From an uncultured Verrucomicrobiota bacterium (GTDB taxonomy: Bacteria; Verrucomicrobiota; Kiritimatiellia; CAIVKH01), in NCBI GenBank assembly GCA_937996795.1, contig CALKUH010000045.1, forward strand, positions 3,541-67,540: a DNA stretch of 64,000 nt, read 5' to 3'. A program made the translations under genes and the position numbers. Each line of letters begins with the position of its first letter. Positions within the stretch are counted from its first letter, which is position 1. Below, one piece after another: positions 50,781 to 60,479 of the stretch. The notes under the pieces were generated by a model. The model saw only the letters and a list, made by a program, of their open reading frames with translations, ran no database searches and was not told the DNA's origin.

Positions 50781-51468
50781 ATTTTTCCAGGCCGTCGAGC
50801 AGGGCGCGGCCGGCGTGGCGCAGGGCGTCGGGCGTGAGGTCCGCCAGGCGCGGGAAGGGCAGGACCGGCACGTCCGGGTTCATCCGCTGCAGCGTCGCAC
50901 GGTTGTCCTGCTCGATGAGATTCCCCTCCGGGTTGATGCCGTTCAAGACGATGCCGCAGGGCACGGCGTCGCGGCGGCGCAGGGCTTCCAATGTCAGCAG
51001 GGTGTGATTCAGGGTGCCGAGGCCGGGTCGCGCGACGAGGATCAGGGGCAGGTTGAACCGCAGCAGCAGGTCCACCTGAAGGGTGTGGTCATTGATCGGT
51101 ACGAGGGCGCCTCCGGCGGCTTCGACGACCAGCGGCTGTCCCGCCGCTTGCAGGTGGCGCGCGATGGACACGATGCGTTCGGGATCGATCCGCGCGCCGG
51201 CGACGCGGGCCGCGAGATGCGGCGAGGCGGGCAGGGGGAAGCGATACGGCGCGAGTTCATCGTAGCGCGCGGCATCCACGGAGAGCCCCGCCGCCGCGAG
51301 GGAGGCGTCGAGGTCCGGCGCACGCCCGTCTTCCGCGCCGGTCTGCACGGGTTTCATCGGCAGCGCCGCGATGCCGTGGGAGCGCAGCGCGAGCAGGAGC
51401 GCGGCGGCGATGCAGGTTTTCCCGACGCCGGTGTCGGTGCCGATGACGATGACGCCCTGCTCAAGCAT
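50779..51468 (-). CDS. bioD: Dethiobiotin synthetase
   Basis: It has the P-loop GTDTGVGKT. Confidence 0.85.
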   Translation of the reverse strand: MLEQGVIVIGTDTGVGKTCIAAALLLALRSHGIAALPMKPVQTGAEDGRAPDLDASLAAAGLSVDAARYDELAPYRFPLPASPHLAARVAGARIDPERIVSIARHLQAAGQPLVVEAAGGALVPINDHTLQVDLLLRFNLPLILVARPGLGTLNHTLLTLEALRRRDAVPCGIVLNGINPEGNLIEQDNRATLQRMNPDVPVLPFPRLADLTPDALRHAGRALLDGLEK

Positions 51469-52252
51469 TGCGCGAACCCCAGAAGTAGCCGACGTGGTAG
51501 GTGGCGCTGACGCCGTGCTCGCTGCGATGCCGGACGTCGTAGGCGTCGATCAACAGCCGCAGTTCCCGCCGGTTTAACGGGCGTTCCCCGCGCGAAAGCG
51601 GACCGCCGGTCACACCGAGGTCACGCAGGTCGCGCAGCATCGCCGCGGCATCGGCGGCCTGGACGACGTGTTCCTCTTCCTCCTCCATTTCAATCCGCAG
51701 TCCGGCGGCGCGCAGGGCGGCGCGGACGTTTTCCGCCGATGGCATCCGTGCAGCGGGCGGCGTGGATGGCGCAACCTCGCGGCGCAGCGCGTGCAGTTCC
51801 TTCAGCGTGTCCTCCAGCATGAGGCTGAAGGCGAAGTGGCAGCCCGGGGCCAGTTGCGCGGCGAGGTGCGCGAAGGTGCGGTCGAGCGGCTGCATCCAGT
51901 GCAGCGAACTGCTGCTTACGATCAAGTCGAAGGGGATTGGAGCCGTGAACTGCAACGTATCGCTGACGAGGAACTGTGGTTGCCGCGCATTTCCCGTGGC
52001 GCGGCGCGCCTCCTCGATCATGCCCGGCGCGAGGTCGATGCCGAGCACCTCCGCGCGCGGCCATGTGGCGGCGAGCAGGCGCGTCAGCGCGCCTGTGCCG
52101 CAGCCGACATCGAGGATGCGCGTGGCGTCGCCGAGGAAGGCGAGGCCCTGGAAAAGCCGTTTGGCGGCGGCTTGCTGCACGAGGGACAGCCGCTCGTACG
52201 CGGGCGCCGCGAGGGAAAATTTATGCTGCTGGTGTCGTTGGTGGGAATCCAT
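51461..52252 (-). CDS. bioC: Malonyl-[ACP] O-methyltransferase
   Basis: It has the SAM MTase motif LDVGCGTG and sits in bio-operon context. Confidence 0.8.
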   Translation of the reverse strand: MDSHQRHQQHKFSLAAPAYERLSLVQQAAAKRLFQGLAFLGDATRILDVGCGTGALTRLLAATWPRAEVLGIDLAPGMIEEARRATGNARQPQFLVSDTLQFTAPIPFDLIVSSSSLHWMQPLDRTFAHLAAQLAPGCHFAFSLMLEDTLKELHALRREVAPSTPPAARMPSAENVRAALRAAGLRIEMEEEEEHVVQAADAAAMLRDLRDLGVTGGPLSRGERPLNRRELRLLIDAYDVRHRSEHGVSATYHVGYFWGSRNA

Positions 52253-52258
52253 GGGGCG

Positions 52259-52891
52259 TCAGCGTCGTGCGGGGATCATCTCATGCAGGTGCGCGGCAAT
52301 CCATCCGGGATGTGTCAGCGGCAGATCATGCCCTGCTTCCGGGTGTTCGCGCAACCGGGCGTTGGGCAGGCGGGCGGAAAGCGCGTGCGCCGCGGCCGGC
52401 GGGATGACGCGGTCATGCGCGCCGTGAAGGAGCAGGATCTGGAGATCGATCGACGAAATTTGCGGGCGGAGATCCAGTTCCGCCAGTGCGCGCAGGCCGG
52501 GCGGGAGATCGAGCGCCTGGCTGGCGGCGGTGCGTTCGTCGATGAGGGACGCGGCGGCCTGTTCCCCGGCGCACAGTCGATGGAACCCGCGCAGCGCGTC
52601 GCCGGGTGCGCGCGCGAGCTGGCGCTGGAGGGCGCGGAGATTGGCGGCGGGCATGCCGGGCCAATCCGTATCGGCGCAGAATCGGGCCGTGGACGCGATC
52701 AGGACGAGCAGGCGCGGACGAACGGCGGGGCGCTCACCGAGTTGCTTGAGCGCGTACAACCCGCCGAGGGACCATGCGAGCCAGATGTCCGCCTGTTCAG
52801 GCTCGCGGACCACGGTCAGCCCGGCGGCCGCGGCGACGGGGGCCAGCGCGTCGGGTGGAAACGCCCAGCCGCTCCACAGCGCCGCCTTCAT
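52259..52891 (-). CDS. bioH: Short alpha/beta-hydrolase, BioH-like pimeloyl-ACP methyl ester esterase
   Basis: It has the AWSLGG nucleophile elbow. It sits between bioC and bioF. It is shorter than usual. Confidence 0.55.
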   Translation of the reverse strand: MKAALWSGWAFPPDALAPVAAAAGLTVVREPEQADIWLAWSLGGLYALKQLGERPAVRPRLLVLIASTARFCADTDWPGMPAANLRALQRQLARAPGDALRGFHRLCAGEQAAASLIDERTAASQALDLPPGLRALAELDLRPQISSIDLQILLLHGAHDRVIPPAAAHALSARLPNARLREHPEAGHDLPLTHPGWIAAHLHEMIPARR

Positions 52892-54048
52892 GGCGTCTCC
52901 CGCACGATGCGGGTGATCGCGTCCGCTGCGCGGGCCAGTTCCGCGTCGCTGTGGGCGAGGCTGACGGAGAGTCGGAGGCGCGCGGTGCCGGGGGGCACGG
53001 TGGGCGGGCGTATCGCGGCGACGAGGAATCCCTCGGCCTTGAGCCTCGTGGCGATGGCAACGGCGCGTGCGTTGTCGCCGATGAGGACCGGCACGATGTG
53101 GGAGGCGCTTTGCAGGGTGTCGAGTCCGGCGGCGTGCAGTGCGGATTTCAGGCGCGCGGATTTGTCGGCGAGTGCCGCGACCCATTCCGGATGCGCGTGG
53201 ATTTCCAAGAGGGCGGCGTGCGCGGCGGCGACAGTGGGGGGCGGGAGGGCGGTGTCGAAGATGAAGGAGCGTGCGCGGTTGATCATCAACTCGCGCAGGG
53301 CGGCGGACCCGGTGACGAATCCGCCCGCCGCGGCGAGGCTCTTGCCGAGCGTGCCGAGGGTGATGAGCCGATCCACCGCGGCCAGCGCATCGGCACTGAG
53401 CCCGGCCCCGCGCGGCCCGGCGACGCCGAGCGCATGCGCCTCGTCCACCAGCAGGAAGGCGTCGTGGCGCGCGGCGAGGTCGAGCAACTCGCGCCACGGG
53501 GCGAGGTCGCCATCCATGCTGAAAATCGATTCCGTGATGATGAGGCAGCGACGGTGCGCGGCGCGTTGCTGGAGGCGGCGGGCCGCGTCGGCGAGGTCAT
53601 TGTGATGGAACCGCACGAGGTCCGCGCCGCTCAGGCGGGCGGCGTCGAGCAGGCAGGCGTGGCTGAGTCGGTCCGCGACGATCAGGTCGCCGCGCCCGGC
53701 GAGCAGGGGGATCACGCCGAGGGCGGCGAGGTAGCCGCTGCTGAAGAGCAGGGCGGCGGGGTGTCCTTTCCACGCGGCCAGCGCGGATTCGAGCGCGGCG
53801 TGCGCGTTGCATGTTCCCGCGAGAAGCCGGGAGGCGGTGGCGCCGGGGCCGGTCTCCCGTGCGGCCCGTGCGGCGGCCTCGCGGACGGCGGCGTTTGCCG
53901 TGAGCCCGAGATAGTCGTTGCCTGCGAGATTGACGTAGCGCTGCCCGTCCCGTTCAAGATGCGGCCCTGGCGCGGGCCACGGCTCGAGGGTGCGTTTCTC
54001 GCCCCGCGCGGCGATGGCGTCGAGTTCGGTTTGTATCCAGTCGTTCAT
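52888..54048 (-). CDS. bioF: 8-amino-7-oxononanoate synthase
   Basis: It has a PLP-dependent AONS sequence with the lysine region GTLGKSL. Confidence 0.85.
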   Translation of the reverse strand: MNDWIQTELDAIAARGEKRTLEPWPAPGPHLERDGQRYVNLAGNDYLGLTANAAVREAAARAARETGPGATASRLLAGTCNAHAALESALAAWKGHPAALLFSSGYLAALGVIPLLAGRGDLIVADRLSHACLLDAARLSGADLVRFHHNDLADAARRLQQRAAHRRCLIITESIFSMDGDLAPWRELLDLAARHDAFLLVDEAHALGVAGPRGAGLSADALAAVDRLITLGTLGKSLAAAGGFVTGSAALRELMINRARSFIFDTALPPPTVAAAHAALLEIHAHPEWVAALADKSARLKSALHAAGLDTLQSASHIVPVLIGDNARAVAIATRLKAEGFLVAAIRPPTVPPGTARLRLSVSLAHSDAELARAADAITRIVRETP

Positions 54049-54114
54049 GAAACAGTTTTGCTGTGCGTCGGCATGCTAGATGGTGTATGAAGTACGCGCA
54101 ATTCGGGAGAACAT

Positions 54115-55098
54115 ATGTCGCATTGGGATCTATTGGCTGAACAGGCGCTCGCGGGCAACGCACCTTCGCGGGAGGACGCGCTGGCCGTGCTGCGGGCGGA
54201 CGAGGACGAACTGTTGCCGTTGCTGCACGCGGCCTTCCGGGTGCGCAAACGCTTCCACGGGCGCAGTGTGCGCCTTCACGTGCTGCGCAACGCGAAGAGC
54301 GGGCTGTGCCGCGAGAATTGCTCGTTTTGCAGCCAGGCCATCGGGGCGTACAGCGGTGTGGACCGGTACCGCTTGCAGACGGTGGACGAGCTGGTCGAAG
54401 GCGCGCGCAAGGCGCACGAGATGGGCGCGGTGAAGTATTGCATGGTCACTGCCACGCGTGGGCCGTCGGACCAGGAACTCGACGTGATTTGCGAGGCGGT
54501 CCGCCGGATCAAGTCGGAGATGAACATCAACATCTGCACCTCGCTCGGCCTGCTGACCGAGGCGCATGCCGCGCGGCTGGCGGCGGCGGGTGTGAATCGC
54601 TTCAACCACAACCTCGAAACGTCGCGGAACCATTTCCCGAATGTCTGCCAGACGCACACCTTCGAGGACCGTGTGCGCACGGTGAAGATCGCGAAGGCGG
54701 CGGGCATGGAGGCCTGCTGCGGCGGCATCATGGGCATGGGCGAGACGCTGGACGACCGCGTGGACCTCGCGTTTACCCTGCGTGAACTCGAAGTGGAATC
54801 GATCCCGGTCAACTTCCTCGATCCGCGCCCCGGCACGCCGCTGGCGGATGTGCCGAAGATGACGCCGCAGGAATGCCTGAAGTGCCTGTGCATGTACCGT
54901 TTCGTCAATCCGACGCGCGACATCCGCGCAGCGGGCGGGCGCGAAGTCGTGCTGAAACACCTGCAGCCGCTGGCGCTGTATCCGGCCAACTCGATGTTCA
55001 GCGAGGGCTATTTGACGACGCCGGGCCAGGGCTATGAGAAGGACATGGAGATGCTGGCGGAAGCCGGCTTCCACCTCGCGGAATTGGTCCACGAATAA
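54115..55098 (+). CDS. bioB: Biotin synthase
   Basis: It has the radical SAM CRENCSFC cluster plus the second-cluster cysteines. Confidence 0.9.
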   Translation: MSHWDLLAEQALAGNAPSREDALAVLRADEDELLPLLHAAFRVRKRFHGRSVRLHVLRNAKSGLCRENCSFCSQAIGAYSGVDRYRLQTVDELVEGARKAHEMGAVKYCMVTATRGPSDQELDVICEAVRRIKSEMNINICTSLGLLTEAHAARLAAAGVNRFNHNLETSRNHFPNVCQTHTFEDRVRTVKIAKAAGMEACCGGIMGMGETLDDRVDLAFTLRELEVESIPVNFLDPRPGTPLADVPKMTPQECLKCLCMYRFVNPTRDIRAAGGREVVLKHLQPLALYPANSMFSEGYLTTPGQGYEKDMEMLAEAGFHLAELVHE

Positions 55099-55141
55099 GC
55101 ACCCCGTGGCGCGTGTCGGAGTGTCGAGAAGCCACGGAACC

Positions 55142-55522
55142 GTGCGGTTCGCGCTCTTTGTGCTGCTGTCCGCGTTTATCCTGCTGCTTCCCGCCTACCG
55201 ACACTGCTTCGGGGGACGCAGCCCGTGGGTTCGCCCGTGGATGATGTATCGCGACGCGGCGCGCGGTCTCTGTGCGCTTGAGTTGACGGTCGACTGTCCC
55301 GGGACGCCGCCTGCGCGACTGCGTGTGGCCGATGCCTATGCCCTGCTGGGTGAGCATCCGCGTCCGCCACGCGTGATGGAATCGAACGCGCGCAGGTTTG
55401 CCGAGCGGGTTGCCGGACGGCTGGCGCCCGGATGCCAGTTGCGGGTCACGGCGCGCGCAGCTCGTCCGGACGGCTGGGAGTTGCTCGTGCAGGATCATCT
55501 GGTACGGCCGAAGGCGCCATGA
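55142..55522 (+). CDS. Small hypothetical membrane-anchored protein, coupled to the downstream HTTM gene
   Basis: It has an N-terminal hydrophobic helix. Its stop overlaps the next start (ATGA). The start codon is uncertain. Confidence 0.35.
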   Translation: MRFALFVLLSAFILLLPAYRHCFGGRSPWVRPWMMYRDAARGLCALELTVDCPGTPPARLRVADAYALLGEHPRPPRVMESNARRFAERVAGRLAPGCQLRVTARAARPDGWELLVQDHLVRPKAP

Positions 55523-56343
55523 TGCGATGCTGGGAGCGTTTTCTTGCGTGGGGGCCTGAGGCCGAAGGGTCCACGCGCGCGATTGGGTTGTTGCGCATCG
55601 CGCTGGCGCTGTTGGCGTGGGGGACGTGGGCCCCGGACCTGAACCATCATCCGAGTCCGGACCTCGAATTGTTCGTCGTGCGGCTGGTCTTCTTTACCGC
55701 GTCCACGGCGATGCTCATCGGCTGGCGCAGCCGGATCAGCACGGCCCTCACGGCAGCGGTGGCCGTTTATCTGTGCGCCATGTATGGCATTCACGCGCGG
55801 AATCCCGCCTGGGTGCACCACCACCAGTACCTGCTGGTGTGCGCGCTGGTGTGGCTTTCGTTGACGCCGTGCGGGCGCTCCCTGTCGTACGACCGTTGGA
55901 TCGCCCTGCGGCGTGGATGCGAATGCCCGGAGCGCGGTCCCCTGTGGGGTCAGCGGTTGATCGGCTTGCAGGTTTGCGCGGTCTATTTCTGGAGCGCGCA
56001 GGACAAGCTCATGCGCGACTTCCTCGGCGGCGAGCAGCTTCAGCAGCTCTGGATGTATTTTTATGGCGGTTCCGATTTCCCCGCGTGGCCGTGGTTTGGG
56101 GTGGTCTGTCAGGGCCTCTCGTGCGGCGTGGTCCTGCTGGAACTGGCGCTGGCGATCGGTCTGCCGTTCCCGCGCTGGCATCGGGTGTTGATGCCGCTGG
56201 GTCTTTGTTTTCATGCGGCCACGTATCTGCTGCTGGATGTCGAGACCTTTGCCGCGTTGATGGCCGCGCTCTACCTGGCGTGGCTGCGGCCGGAGCGGGT
56301 GCACCAGCTGGTGGACGACTGGGTGGGTGCTCGCCGTCCCTGA
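55519..56343 (+). CDS. HTTM-domain (vitamin K-dependent gamma-carboxylase-like) membrane protein
   Basis: Its multi-TM sequence has an HTTM-like layout. The assignment was made by eye. Confidence 0.45.
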   Translation: MMRCWERFLAWGPEAEGSTRAIGLLRIALALLAWGTWAPDLNHHPSPDLELFVVRLVFFTASTAMLIGWRSRISTALTAAVAVYLCAMYGIHARNPAWVHHHQYLLVCALVWLSLTPCGRSLSYDRWIALRRGCECPERGPLWGQRLIGLQVCAVYFWSAQDKLMRDFLGGEQLQQLWMYFYGGSDFPAWPWFGVVCQGLSCGVVLLELALAIGLPFPRWHRVLMPLGLCFHAATYLLLDVETFAALMAALYLAWLRPERVHQLVDDWVGARRP

Positions 56344-56352
56344 GGCGCGCCC

Positions 56353-56976
56353 TCAGGCGTGGTCCGGCGGATTAAACGGCGGAACCCGCAGCTTCAGCGC
56401 GATCGCGACGAACCGGATGACGGCCACACTGGCGATGCCGCATATCGCCGCGGGTGTCTGGTCGAATCCGGCCTGAGTGTGCAGGAGCAGATAGACGATC
56501 GCGCCCGCGAGCGAAGCCGTTGCGTACACCTCCCGGTCGCGGAGCAGCAGCGGGATTTCCGCGCTGAGCACGTCGCGGAACACGCCGCCGGCGACGCCGG
56601 TGATGCAACCCATCAACACGGATACCACCGGCCCGCTGCCGAGTTCGTACGCGATGCGGGTGCCGCTGATGGTGAACAGCGCCAGGCCCAGCGCGTCGGC
56701 GTAGAGCAGCAGTTTCAGCGGGGGGCGCCGGTGGTGGACCCACCAGAGCGCGAGCAGGGCGGCGGCGACGGAGACGTAGAGGTAGTTCGTGTCGCCGATC
56801 CAGAAGATCGGGCGCCGGTCGAGCAGCATGTCGCGCAGCGTGCCGCCGCCGATGGCGGTGACGAGGGCGATGACGACGACGCCGAAGAGATCGAATCCCT
56901 TTCGCGCGGCGGCGAGCACGCCGCTGATCGCGAAGACCGCGACGCCGACCATGCTCAATACGTACAACACGTTCAC
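56353..56976 (-). CDS. UPF0126 (TRIC-like, YadS/YicG) membrane protein
   Basis: It has two repeats each carrying a GGGxxRD motif (GGGTLRDML and GGVFRDVL). Confidence 0.7.
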   Translation of the reverse strand: MNVLYVLSMVGVAVFAISGVLAAARKGFDLFGVVVIALVTAIGGGTLRDMLLDRRPIFWIGDTNYLYVSVAAALLALWWVHHRRPPLKLLLYADALGLALFTISGTRIAYELGSGPVVSVLMGCITGVAGGVFRDVLSAEIPLLLRDREVYATASLAGAIVYLLLHTQAGFDQTPAAICGIASVAVIRFVAIALKLRVPPFNPPDHA

Positions 56977-57034
56977 GCGGTGAAGCCTGCCACTCGCACC
57001 GCGCGTCCGCAAGCCCGGCGGCATCGTCGGCGTG

Positions 57035-58621
57035 TCACTGCGCCGGATCTTTGCGCAGGCAAATCGCGAAGTGGGCGGAGAAGCGGCGCAGCGGCGAGCG
57101 TTCCAGCCGGGCTTCGAGCGGCAGCATGCGTTCGAGGAGCGGGCGGGGGATGAAGTCGGGAATGAAGGTGATGTATTCGACCTGCGGATCCCACGCGGCG
57201 CCCGCGACGGCGGGGAGTCGCCCCGGCGTGAGCCAGACTTCGGTGCCGTCGTCGATGTTCCGGATAAAGGGGAAGATGTAGGACATGTAGAAGCGGAAGA
57301 CAGGGTTGAGCGTGTTCATCTCGAAGACAATGAGAGGGGCCCCGGGTTTCAGCACACGCGTGATTTCCGCCAGCGCACGCTGGAGGTTTTCCGGATCGAT
57401 GATGTGATGCAGCACATTGATCGTGTAGGCGAAGTCGAATGTGTTGTCGGGGAAGGGCAGGGCCTCGGCGGGCGCCACGCGGAGATCCGCCTTCACGCCG
57501 GTGGTCGCGCACGTTGCACGCGCCTCTTCGACCTGGCCGGCGGTCAGGTCGCAGCCGGACATGGCGAAGCCTGAGCGGGCAAGGCGCGCGAGGTACCAGC
57601 CCTGCCCGCATCCGACATCGAGTCCACGCGCGTTTGCCGGCACGGTGTGCGCGGAGAGCAGGCGTCGGATGACGGCGGTTTTGGTTTCGACGAGGCGGTC
57701 GCGGACGTGGGCGGGGATTTCCTCCGCATAGGCCGAAGCCAGTTCGTCGAAGTGGCCCTGTCCGGCCGCGCGTTCGCCCTTGACCAGCGCATGCCAGTCG
57801 CGGCGGAACAGGAACGCCACTCCCGCGCCCAGCAGCACCGCGAAGCCGACGCTGCCCCATCGCACGGCGGCGACGGCCCAGAGTGCGACGTCATGCGGCT
57901 GTTCCAGATGAGTCAGGGACTGGATCATCGCGGCCCCGGTCACGGCGATGCCGGCGGGGGCACCGGAGAGGGAGCCGGCCAGCGTGCCGCGGGCATAAGT
58001 GGCCAGCGCCTCGCCCCACGGCACGGTCCCGCCCAGCAGGATGAGGGCTGCGGAGAGGCCCGCCGCCGCGCAGGTCCAGGCCGCGAGCGAGAGTCCGAGG
58101 AACAAATAGAGGCGGAAGATCGACCGCAGCATGCTGCCCTGATGCTCGAGGTATCCAAGTGCGAGGGTGGAGATCGCGACCAACAACAGCGCGGGGAGAA
58201 GCAGGCCGTTGATGCCGAGCAGGAGGAGCATGAGCAGGGCGAAGGCATCCGCTCCGCGTGAGACCAACCAGATCAGGCCTGCCATCCGCAAGGGACGCGA
58301 CGTGTGATGGCGGAGTGCGGCGGTCAGCAGCAGTTCACCCGCGGCCCAGGGTGTCAGGATCATCGGGAGCAGGCTGGTGAACACCAGCAGGGACTCGCGC
58401 GCGCGCAGCCGCAGGCGCAGGGTCCGCAGCAGGAAGTGCCAGCGCAACCAGCGGAGGGCCAGGTTGACCAGCGTGGCCCCGCACACGGCGAGCATCGCAA
58501 GGGCCAGCGCCGGGCGCCCGGCCTCGGGCAGCGCTTCGCCCCCGAGCCAGGCCAGCGAGGACACGGAGCCCAGGACGAGCAGCACCAGCAGGGGAATCCA
58601 GGCGCGATGCGGGGCACTCAT
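57035..58621 (-). CDS. Fusion protein. The N-terminus is a flippase-like/lysylphosphatidylglycerol-synthase-type TM domain. The C-terminus is a class I SAM methyltransferase.
   Basis: There are about eight TM helices with an RW-rich loop. The C-terminus carries LDVGCGQGWY and acidic and hydrophobic MTase motifs. Confidence 0.55.
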   Translation of the reverse strand: MSAPHRAWIPLLVLLVLGSVSSLAWLGGEALPEAGRPALALAMLAVCGATLVNLALRWLRWHFLLRTLRLRLRARESLLVFTSLLPMILTPWAAGELLLTAALRHHTSRPLRMAGLIWLVSRGADAFALLMLLLLGINGLLLPALLLVAISTLALGYLEHQGSMLRSIFRLYLFLGLSLAAWTCAAAGLSAALILLGGTVPWGEALATYARGTLAGSLSGAPAGIAVTGAAMIQSLTHLEQPHDVALWAVAAVRWGSVGFAVLLGAGVAFLFRRDWHALVKGERAAGQGHFDELASAYAEEIPAHVRDRLVETKTAVIRRLLSAHTVPANARGLDVGCGQGWYLARLARSGFAMSGCDLTAGQVEEARATCATTGVKADLRVAPAEALPFPDNTFDFAYTINVLHHIIDPENLQRALAEITRVLKPGAPLIVFEMNTLNPVFRFYMSYIFPFIRNIDDGTEVWLTPGRLPAVAGAAWDPQVEYITFIPDFIPRPLLERMLPLEARLERSPLRRFSAHFAICLRKDPAQ

Positions 58622-58628
58622 GGACGCG

Positions 58629-59501
58629 TCAAGGTGTCAGCAGCGGCTGGATGTGCGGAACGAGGCGTATGTTGAGCGTGCGCGACTCGCCGCCCTTGGA
58701 GACGCCGACGAGGAAACGATTGAAGAACTCTGCGTGCTGGCCCAGGCCGCCGAGGTCGATGGATTGTCCATCCTGCACCACGACTTCCGTTGAAACGGAG
58801 GCGAAGCGCGCGTGTTCAGGGCGCCCGTTCACCAGGCCGCGCAGTTCGGGAATCAACTTCACGCGGACGAGCGGGCCGTCCCCGACGATCGTGGGTTGCA
58901 CCACGAGGAAGGACCCGACCTCCTGCCACGCCAGTTGCGGCGCGCCGATCCCGCCGGGCCATGCGTAACTGACGAGCCATTGCAGGTAGGGCACGCTCTC
59001 GCCGATGCGCAGGAAGCCCTCGCGCCCGCTGCCGACCAGCAGGATCTGGCGGTCGGAGGAGGTGCGCGTCGTGGACTGGCTGATGATCTTCGGTTTCACC
59101 GTGATGGTGCCGCCCAAACCCGCCGGTCCGTGGGTGACCTCGCCGGACGCGCCCAGCGAGGCTTCGAACTCGTCGTTGGACGACTGTCCGTCAAAAAAGA
59201 CCTCAATGCGCACGTTTCGCGCGGGCACGGCGAGTTGTTTCATCATGTCCGCGATTTGGGCGTGTCGATCCGGCGTGGTCACGACGAGCAGGCGTTGGTT
59301 TACCCGGTCGGGCGTGATCTGGCCCTCCGTGCCGACAAACGCTTTCACCGCTTCCATCGCGGTGTCCAGGTCCATCGTGCCGATACCGTAGATTTCAAAT
59401 CGGGCCGGCGGCGTCGCGGGCGACTCGGCGCGCAGGGCTGTTCCGGATAGCATGAACAGCAGCGTCCCTGCGCGGAGCAACAGAGACCAGAACGTCATCA
59501 T
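58629..59501 (-). CDS. Miniature secretin-domain protein. One Secretin_N module is joined to a compact secretin C-domain. It has a signal peptide.
   Basis: FASVSTEVVVQDGQSIDLGGL followed by TLNIRLVPHI matches the secretin pore-domain signature. It is only 290 aa. Confidence 0.55.
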   Translation of the reverse strand: MMTFWSLLLRAGTLLFMLSGTALRAESPATPPARFEIYGIGTMDLDTAMEAVKAFVGTEGQITPDRVNQRLLVVTTPDRHAQIADMMKQLAVPARNVRIEVFFDGQSSNDEFEASLGASGEVTHGPAGLGGTITVKPKIISQSTTRTSSDRQILLVGSGREGFLRIGESVPYLQWLVSYAWPGGIGAPQLAWQEVGSFLVVQPTIVGDGPLVRVKLIPELRGLVNGRPEHARFASVSTEVVVQDGQSIDLGGLGQHAEFFNRFLVGVSKGGESRTLNIRLVPHIQPLLTP

Positions 59502-59549
59502 GGGGTCACCATAACATTTTCCAGGCCGGTGGGGCGACAGTTTTGAGGG

Positions 59550-60476
59550 TTATGCAGGGGCGAGGAAACGAAGCTGACGCAGGATCGTTTCCATGCGCGG
59601 ACATGCGGCGCCAGCGGCTTGGGCGGCAGCCAGGGGGCGGGCGTAGATGGCGTCGATTTCCATGGGCCGGCCCGCCTCGTAGTCGAGCATCATGCTGGTC
59701 TTGTAGGGCCTCATGCGGTCGGTGTCATCCAGCATCTTTTGCACGAAGGAGGGGTCGATGGCCTTGCCGCATGCCGCGGCCGCCGCGACGACCTCGCGCA
59801 TCAGCGCTTCAACGAGGGCACGGCTGTCCGCTTGTTGCATCAATCGGTCCGTGGTGGTGCGCAGGATGACGGAGAGCGCATTATAGGGCACGTTCCAGAC
59901 GAGTTTCTTCCAGCGCGCCAACTGCAGATCCTCGACGCAGGATACGGGAATGGCGGCCGCGCGCAGATCCGCTGCAATCGCCTCCATGTGCGGGGTGACG
60001 CCTCCGGGCTGTCCGTCCGCCCGGAAAGCGCCCAGCATGACGTCGCCGTAGTCGAGATGGCGGATCCGGCCCGGCCCGATTTTGTTTGCGCAAATGAAAC
60101 ACAGCCCGCCGAGCACGCGCGACTCGCCGGCGACGGCCGCGGCCTCCGCCTCGACACCCAATCCATTCTGCAACATCAGGACGATGCCGTCCTTCGCGAG
60201 GGGCGCGGGCAGGAGAGCGGGCAGCAGGTGGTTTTGCGTGGTTTTCAGCGCGACGACAACCACGTCGCACGGCGGCATGGTGGATGCTGACGAGTGGGCG
60301 TGGACCCGTTCGAGGATCAGCGGTCCGTCGCGCCCGTCCACCCGCAGGCCGTGCTTTCGCACATGCTCGGCGTCCGAGCGCAGCAGGAAATGCACCTCGC
60401 AACCGGCATGCTGCAGGCGGGCTCCGTAAAACCCGCCGATCGCGCCGGTTCCCAGAATGGCGTAGCGACGCGGCAT
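59550..60476 (-). CDS. panE: 2-dehydropantoate 2-reductase
   Basis: It has the ILGTGAIGG Rossmann motif and an ApbA C-terminal domain. Confidence 0.8.
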   Translation of the reverse strand: MPRRYAILGTGAIGGFYGARLQHAGCEVHFLLRSDAEHVRKHGLRVDGRDGPLILERVHAHSSASTMPPCDVVVVALKTTQNHLLPALLPAPLAKDGIVLMLQNGLGVEAEAAAVAGESRVLGGLCFICANKIGPGRIRHLDYGDVMLGAFRADGQPGGVTPHMEAIAADLRAAAIPVSCVEDLQLARWKKLVWNVPYNALSVILRTTTDRLMQQADSRALVEALMREVVAAAAACGKAIDPSFVQKMLDDTDRMRPYKTSMMLDYEAGRPMEIDAIYARPLAAAQAAGAACPRMETILRQLRFLAPA

Positions 60477-60479
60477 GGC

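Noticed and set aside
54049-54114. The divergent bioF/bioB intergenic region might carry a palindromic BirA-type bio operator.
   Set aside because: No convincing inverted repeat is visible by eye in the 66-bp spacer. I left it unannotated.
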